A stretch of DNA of 64,000 nucleotides from Candidatus Sumerlaeaceae bacterium (GTDB taxonomy: Bacteria > Sumerlaeota > Sumerlaeia > Sumerlaeales > Sumerlaeaceae). How positions within the stretch are numbered: the first letter of the stretch is position 1; each line of letters begins with the position of its first letter. This document shows positions 60,583-64,000 of the stretch, piece by piece. The position numbers and the translations under genes were made by a program. The DNA is taken from contig JBPCLP010000001.1 of NCBI GenBank assembly GCA_051003195.1, forward strand, positions 1-64,000, given 5' to 3'. A model generated the notes under the pieces. That model searched no databases and was not told the DNA's origin. It saw only the letters and a list, made by a program, of their open reading frames with translations.

Positions 60583-61116
60583 ATGAGAATGGAAACATTG
60601 CGCATCGGGATGAAGGTACAGCACACCAGCTTCGGCGCCGGCATAGTTCGCGGCATTGCGGAGACGGGTGCCGAGATTGACTTCGGCGAAGCGCGCCGCA
60701 CGATTTCCGCGGCCGATTCGGCGCTGCACCCGGGCGAGCCGATGGTGAGCGTCGCTGGCCTGGATGTGCCGCTGCCTGAGTTTCTGCGCCAGACCGCACA
60801 ATCCGTATTACGCCAGCTGGGTATTGAGTCCATGAGTGACGAGATCGTGGATGGACTGGCCAGGCGCTGGCGCGGTGGCAAACTTGTGATGCAGTCTACC
60901 GATGGGACCACGCAGCCGAAAGAAGTGGATATCGAGACGTTCTTTCACAAGATCGTCATGATGCGCAACAACCTGCGTGTGCTCGAGCAGAAGCTAAATG
61001 CGCATACCGGTTTAAGCGAAGCCGAGAAGATTGAGCTGCAGCAATACATCACGCGGTGCTATGGCAGTATGACAACGTTCAATGTGCTCTTTAAAGACAA
61101 GGAAGATCAGTTCTGA
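60583..61116 (+). CDS. Conserved hypothetical protein
   Basis: GGAGG RBS; N-terminal KVQH..FG.G.V (SH3/Tudor-like); FFHKIVM...LRVLEQK...QQYITR.YGSMTTFN. Confidence 0.8.
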   Translation: MRMETLRIGMKVQHTSFGAGIVRGIAETGAEIDFGEARRTISAADSALHPGEPMVSVAGLDVPLPEFLRQTAQSVLRQLGIESMSDEIVDGLARRWRGGKLVMQSTDGTTQPKEVDIETFFHKIVMMRNNLRVLEQKLNAHTGLSEAEKIELQQYITRCYGSMTTFNVLFKDKEDQF

Positions 61117-61132
61117 AGACGCTGACCGGCAG

Positions 61133-61552
61133 ATGAGACAACATCAGCAGAAACTCGAAATTCGCACTCCCGGGCGGGGGCTGCACGAGATCACAGCGCA
61201 GGTGGAACAGGTGCTGGCGGAATCGAAAATTCGCATGGGCTTGTGCACGGTCTTCTGCTGTCACACTTCTGCCAGTCTTCTCATCCAGGAAAACGCAGAC
61301 CCAACCGCAATGCGCGACCTGCTGGCCTGGCTGGAGCGCATTGCACCGGACGGCGATTCCAACTACACGCACGACACCGAAGGACCGGATGACATGCCTT
61401 CGCATCTGCGAGCAGCAGTCACCCGTACCAGTGAAAGCATTCCTGTTTCAAATGGCCGGCTTGTGCTTGGCGCATGGCAGGGAATCTACCTGGCTGAACA
61501 CCGAACCCGACCTCATCGTCGCCAGATTGTGTTACATATCTTCGGAGAGTAG
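61133..61552 (+). CDS. yjbQ: YjbQ/UPF0047 family protein
   Basis: HTSASL.IQENADP, EGPDDMPSHL, LGAWQGIYL.EHR. Confidence 0.93.
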   Translation: MRQHQQKLEIRTPGRGLHEITAQVEQVLAESKIRMGLCTVFCCHTSASLLIQENADPTAMRDLLAWLERIAPDGDSNYTHDTEGPDDMPSHLRAAVTRTSESIPVSNGRLVLGAWQGIYLAEHRTRPHRRQIVLHIFGE

Positions 61553-61561
61553 AGGTTGGTT

Positions 61562-61769
61562 CCCATCTCAGTCTACGTGCTCGTCGCCATCGTCAAAAAA
61601 GAACTCTCTCCATTGCAGCCAGTCCGTACACAATTTTGCAAATTCTGAGCATCACGCTTTTCGAGAAAACCCCGATTCTACAGGCGATGAGCCACTCCCG
61701 TGCATTGGCAGTTGACGAGGCTACGCGCGAACAATTGAAGCTTCTTAGACTTTGAACCGGACAGCTGTG
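61562..61769 (+). mobile_element. IS4-family remnant: frameshifted transposase C-terminus and right terminal repeat
   Basis: ISVYVLVAIVKKEL (frameshift) YTILQILSITLFEKTPILQA...EQLKLLRL-stop, then ACCGGACAGCTGTG, resembling DUF4372-type IS4 ends as I recall them. Confidence 0.8.
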
Positions 61770-62216
61770 ATGCAAACTAACAAAAGTGAGGACAAATCAA
61801 TAGAATCTGCCAGCGACCTGAGTTTACAGAAGTTCTATCACGGCACAAAAGCCGACCTAAAAACAGGCGACTTAATCGAAATTGGCTTTAGCTCAAACTA
61901 CGGTAAAAAGAAAAAGGCGAAATATATCTATCTGTCCGCCACCCTGGATGCTGCTGTTTGGGGTGCTGAACTTGCCTTTGGCGAAGGACGTGAAAGAATT
62001 TATATAGTAGAGCCAACAGGCGCAATTGAGGACGACCCTAACTTAACTAACAAAAGATTTCCAGGTAATCCCACAAAGTCATACCGTTCTCTGTATCCAT
62101 TTAGGGTCATTGGTGAGATTACGGTTTGGCAAGGACACTCACCCGAGCAACTCAAAGCAATGAAGGACCATCTTGAGCAACTTGAGCAACAAGGTATTGA
62201 GGCAATAGAGGACTAA
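61770..62216 (+). CDS. arr: NAD(+)-rifampin ADP-ribosyltransferase
   Basis: FYHGTKADL, SNY, IY.SATLDAA.WGAELA, IYIVEPTG.IEDDPNLT..RFPGNPTKSYRS, WQGH; visibly AT-richer than its flanks. Confidence 0.95.
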   Translation: MQTNKSEDKSIESASDLSLQKFYHGTKADLKTGDLIEIGFSSNYGKKKKAKYIYLSATLDAAVWGAELAFGEGRERIYIVEPTGAIEDDPNLTNKRFPGNPTKSYRSLYPFRVIGEITVWQGHSPEQLKAMKDHLEQLEQQGIEAIED

Positions 62217-62533
62217 CTAAAGCTACGGCTGGCGAAGTTGTCGCCGGCCGGCCGGGCGATCACAGTTCGAAGTATTAGAACCCCCAGACGCCTTTTTGCA
62301 CCCCGCCGTGATCGTGCTGCACGGCGCCGATGGACCCGTTCTGCGGGCAGCAGTCACCCGTACCAGTGAAAGCATTCCTGTCTCTAATGGCCGGCTTGTG
62401 CTTGGCACATGGCAGGGAATCTACGTGGCCGAACACCGAACCCGACCTCATCGTCGCCAGATTGTGCTACATATCTTCGGAGAGTAAAGGTTGGTTTGGT
62501 GGTTGGCACGACTTCGGCAAAGCAGTTCTTATT

Positions 62534-63253
62534 ATGTCTTTCGCTGAAAATATTGGACCACCGGACAGTGATGACGAGTCGCTGCGCCAATTTACCAGCA
62601 TGGTGCCCACGCCGGGCGGCCGCGCGATTACAGTCGAAGTATTAGAGCCCCCAGACGCCTTGTTGCACCCCGCCGTGATCGTGCTGCACGGCGCCGATGG
62701 GCCCGTTCGTAAGGCCGAAGAATACCTCGAAGTCTGTCGATTGCTGGCGCTCAACGGGTTTGTTGCGTTGCGTCCGCACTATTTCGATTCAGGTCCGCCG
62801 CCTGCTCCCGGATATGAACACCTCGGCAACCCTCTTGCGCACGCCGCATGGTTGCAGGCGGTAGCATCTACCGCGGATTATGCGCAGCAATTGCCCTCGG
62901 TATTGGATTCCCCGATTGGTCTCATGGGCTTTTCGCTCGGTTCGTACCTTGCGCTGGCGGCAGCAGCGTTTCAGCAACGCTACGGCGCGGTCGCCGAGTT
63001 CTTCGGCGGCATGCCGGAAATGATCTCCGGCATCGTCGAACGGATGCCTCCCACACTGATATTGCATGGCGGGGCAGACATGATCGTGCCTGTCGAGGAA
63101 GCCTACAAACTGCAGCGGTTGTATGAGAACAAAGGCTTTGAGCACGAGATCCATGTCTACCCGGGGGAGGCTCACAATTTTACCGTCAATTCCAGGCAAA
63201 TGGCCAATGCGCGTGCCCTTCACTTCCTGAAGGCGCATCTCAAGCGCCCATAA
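62534..63253 (+). CDS. Dienelactone hydrolase-like alpha/beta hydrolase
   Basis: VIVLHG, GFSLG (Ser nucleophile), ILHGGAD..VP, YPGEAHNF. Confidence 0.9.
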   Translation: MSFAENIGPPDSDDESLRQFTSMVPTPGGRAITVEVLEPPDALLHPAVIVLHGADGPVRKAEEYLEVCRLLALNGFVALRPHYFDSGPPPAPGYEHLGNPLAHAAWLQAVASTADYAQQLPSVLDSPIGLMGFSLGSYLALAAAAFQQRYGAVAEFFGGMPEMISGIVERMPPTLILHGGADMIVPVEEAYKLQRLYENKGFEHEIHVYPGEAHNFTVNSRQMANARALHFLKAHLKRP

Positions 63254-63392
63254 GCATCTACGAAAGCGCGTTAAAGCCTTTTTAGCAGGCTTCGGATGGC
63301 ACACCGATTGCCTTACATATGTAGTCTAGGCATACGGTCAATTAACTGTCTGGCTACAGAAGTGCAGTGCACTTCAAGGGAGGAAGTTAATA

Positions 63393-64000
63393 ATGATAAC
63401 TACACGAGTATTGATCGCAGCACTTTCGCTCTCGCTTGCAACACTTGGCGTTTGCCAGACCGCCAGCACCGGTGGATCCAGCGGTGGGAGTAGTGGAGGC
63501 AGCAGCGGCGGAAGCAGCGGAAGCAGTGCATCCGCCCCCGGTAAAGCGGGCACTGCAGGAGCCGGGGGGACCGCAGGAGCCGGCGTCCGAGCAGGGACAG
63601 GTGCGCGCGGCAGCGCAGGAGTCGGAACCGCGGCTAGTGGAACTGCAGCTACTGGCGTCGCCGGCACGACGTCCGCGAATGGTTCGGCCGCAACCGCTAC
63701 AGGCGCCAGCAGCGCCGCAACTGGCACCGCCGGTGCAAGCAGTCCGACAGCCGGCAGTCCAGCCGCAGGTACAACCGCTTCACCAGGCAGCACCGGAGCG
63801 CTCCTGGGTGCAGGTACGAGCGGGTCTAACCTGGGCACCGGTACAACCTACGGCGCCGGGCACACCAACTTTTCAAACAGTGTCCCAATGGGCGGCAGCA
63901 CGGCTAACCAGTCCGCTTCCGGTGGCGTGAACCAGGCAAATAATGGAGTTCCCAACAGCCCAATCAACCCAACCAATAATACAAATCCCTCCGGCCTTGG
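63393..64000 (+). CDS. Secreted Gly/Ser/Thr/Ala-rich low-complexity protein, runs off the window end
   Basis: GGGAGG RBS, ATG 63393, signal peptide MITTRVLIAALSLSLATLGVC, GGSS repeats, frame open to 64000 (absent from the ORF track because it has no stop). Confidence 0.8.
   Translation, partial: MITTRVLIAALSLSLATLGVCQTASTGGSSGGSSGGSSGGSSGSSASAPGKAGTAGAGGTAGAGVRAGTGARGSAGVGTAASGTAATGVAGTTSANGSAATATGASSAATGTAGASSPTAGSPAAGTTASPGSTGALLGAGTSGSNLGTGTTYGAGHTNFSNSVPMGGSTANQSASGGVNQANNGVPNSPINPTNNTNPSGL

Larger units (their letters stand above)
61405..62708 (+). repeat. Diverged tandem duplication of the yjbQ-3'/hydrolase-5' segment
   Basis: 61405-61561 matches 62340-62496 (8 mismatches in 157 bp); 62242-62341 matches 62610-62708. 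Confidence 0.92.

Noticed and set aside
62210..62245. Integron attC site after arr
   Set aside because: No convincing RYYYAAC...GTTRRRY palindrome, no integrase, and the duplicated host sequence begins about 25 bp after the stop.
62296..62487. 63-aa ORF as a real gene
   Set aside because: Chimera of the duplicated hydrolase fragment and the yjbQ 3' end.

Overview
GC-rich bacterial chromosome window, mostly housekeeping and envelope genes. Core genes include phoH-like, a 7TM-HD phosphodiesterase, uvrB, mqnC, rplS, pdxA, rpoZ-like, an SbcD/SbcC(YhaO/YhaN)-like pair, cstA, pyk, hemE-hemN-hemY-hemH, osmC and yjbQ. The AFTLIELL pilin-like gene and the envelope genes would fit a PVC-adjacent lineage such as Sumerlaeota/BRC1, but this is a weak inference. 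Two accessory zones stand out. (1) Positions 1-4300 are a mobile-DNA hotspot built around a recurring TGTCCCC-N-TTC motif. It holds a 5' fragment of a group II intron between direct repeats, a diguanylate cyclase broken by a 1-bp insertion, and an intact IS1111-type IS110 element. That element sits exactly inside one arm of a 27-bp inverted repeat, so its empty target site can be reconstructed. Its 3' non-coding region contains short matches to both its own junction and its target, which look like bridge/seekRNA guides. (2) Positions 61400-62710 contain an AT-richer rifampin ADP-ribosyltransferase (arr) directly behind an IS4-family remnant, inside a diverged tandem duplication of the yjbQ/hydrolase junction. 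There is also a REP-like hairpin cluster at 16.9-17.4 kb. I found no rRNA, tRNA or CRISPR array. All calls come from reading motifs by eye; no database searches were run.
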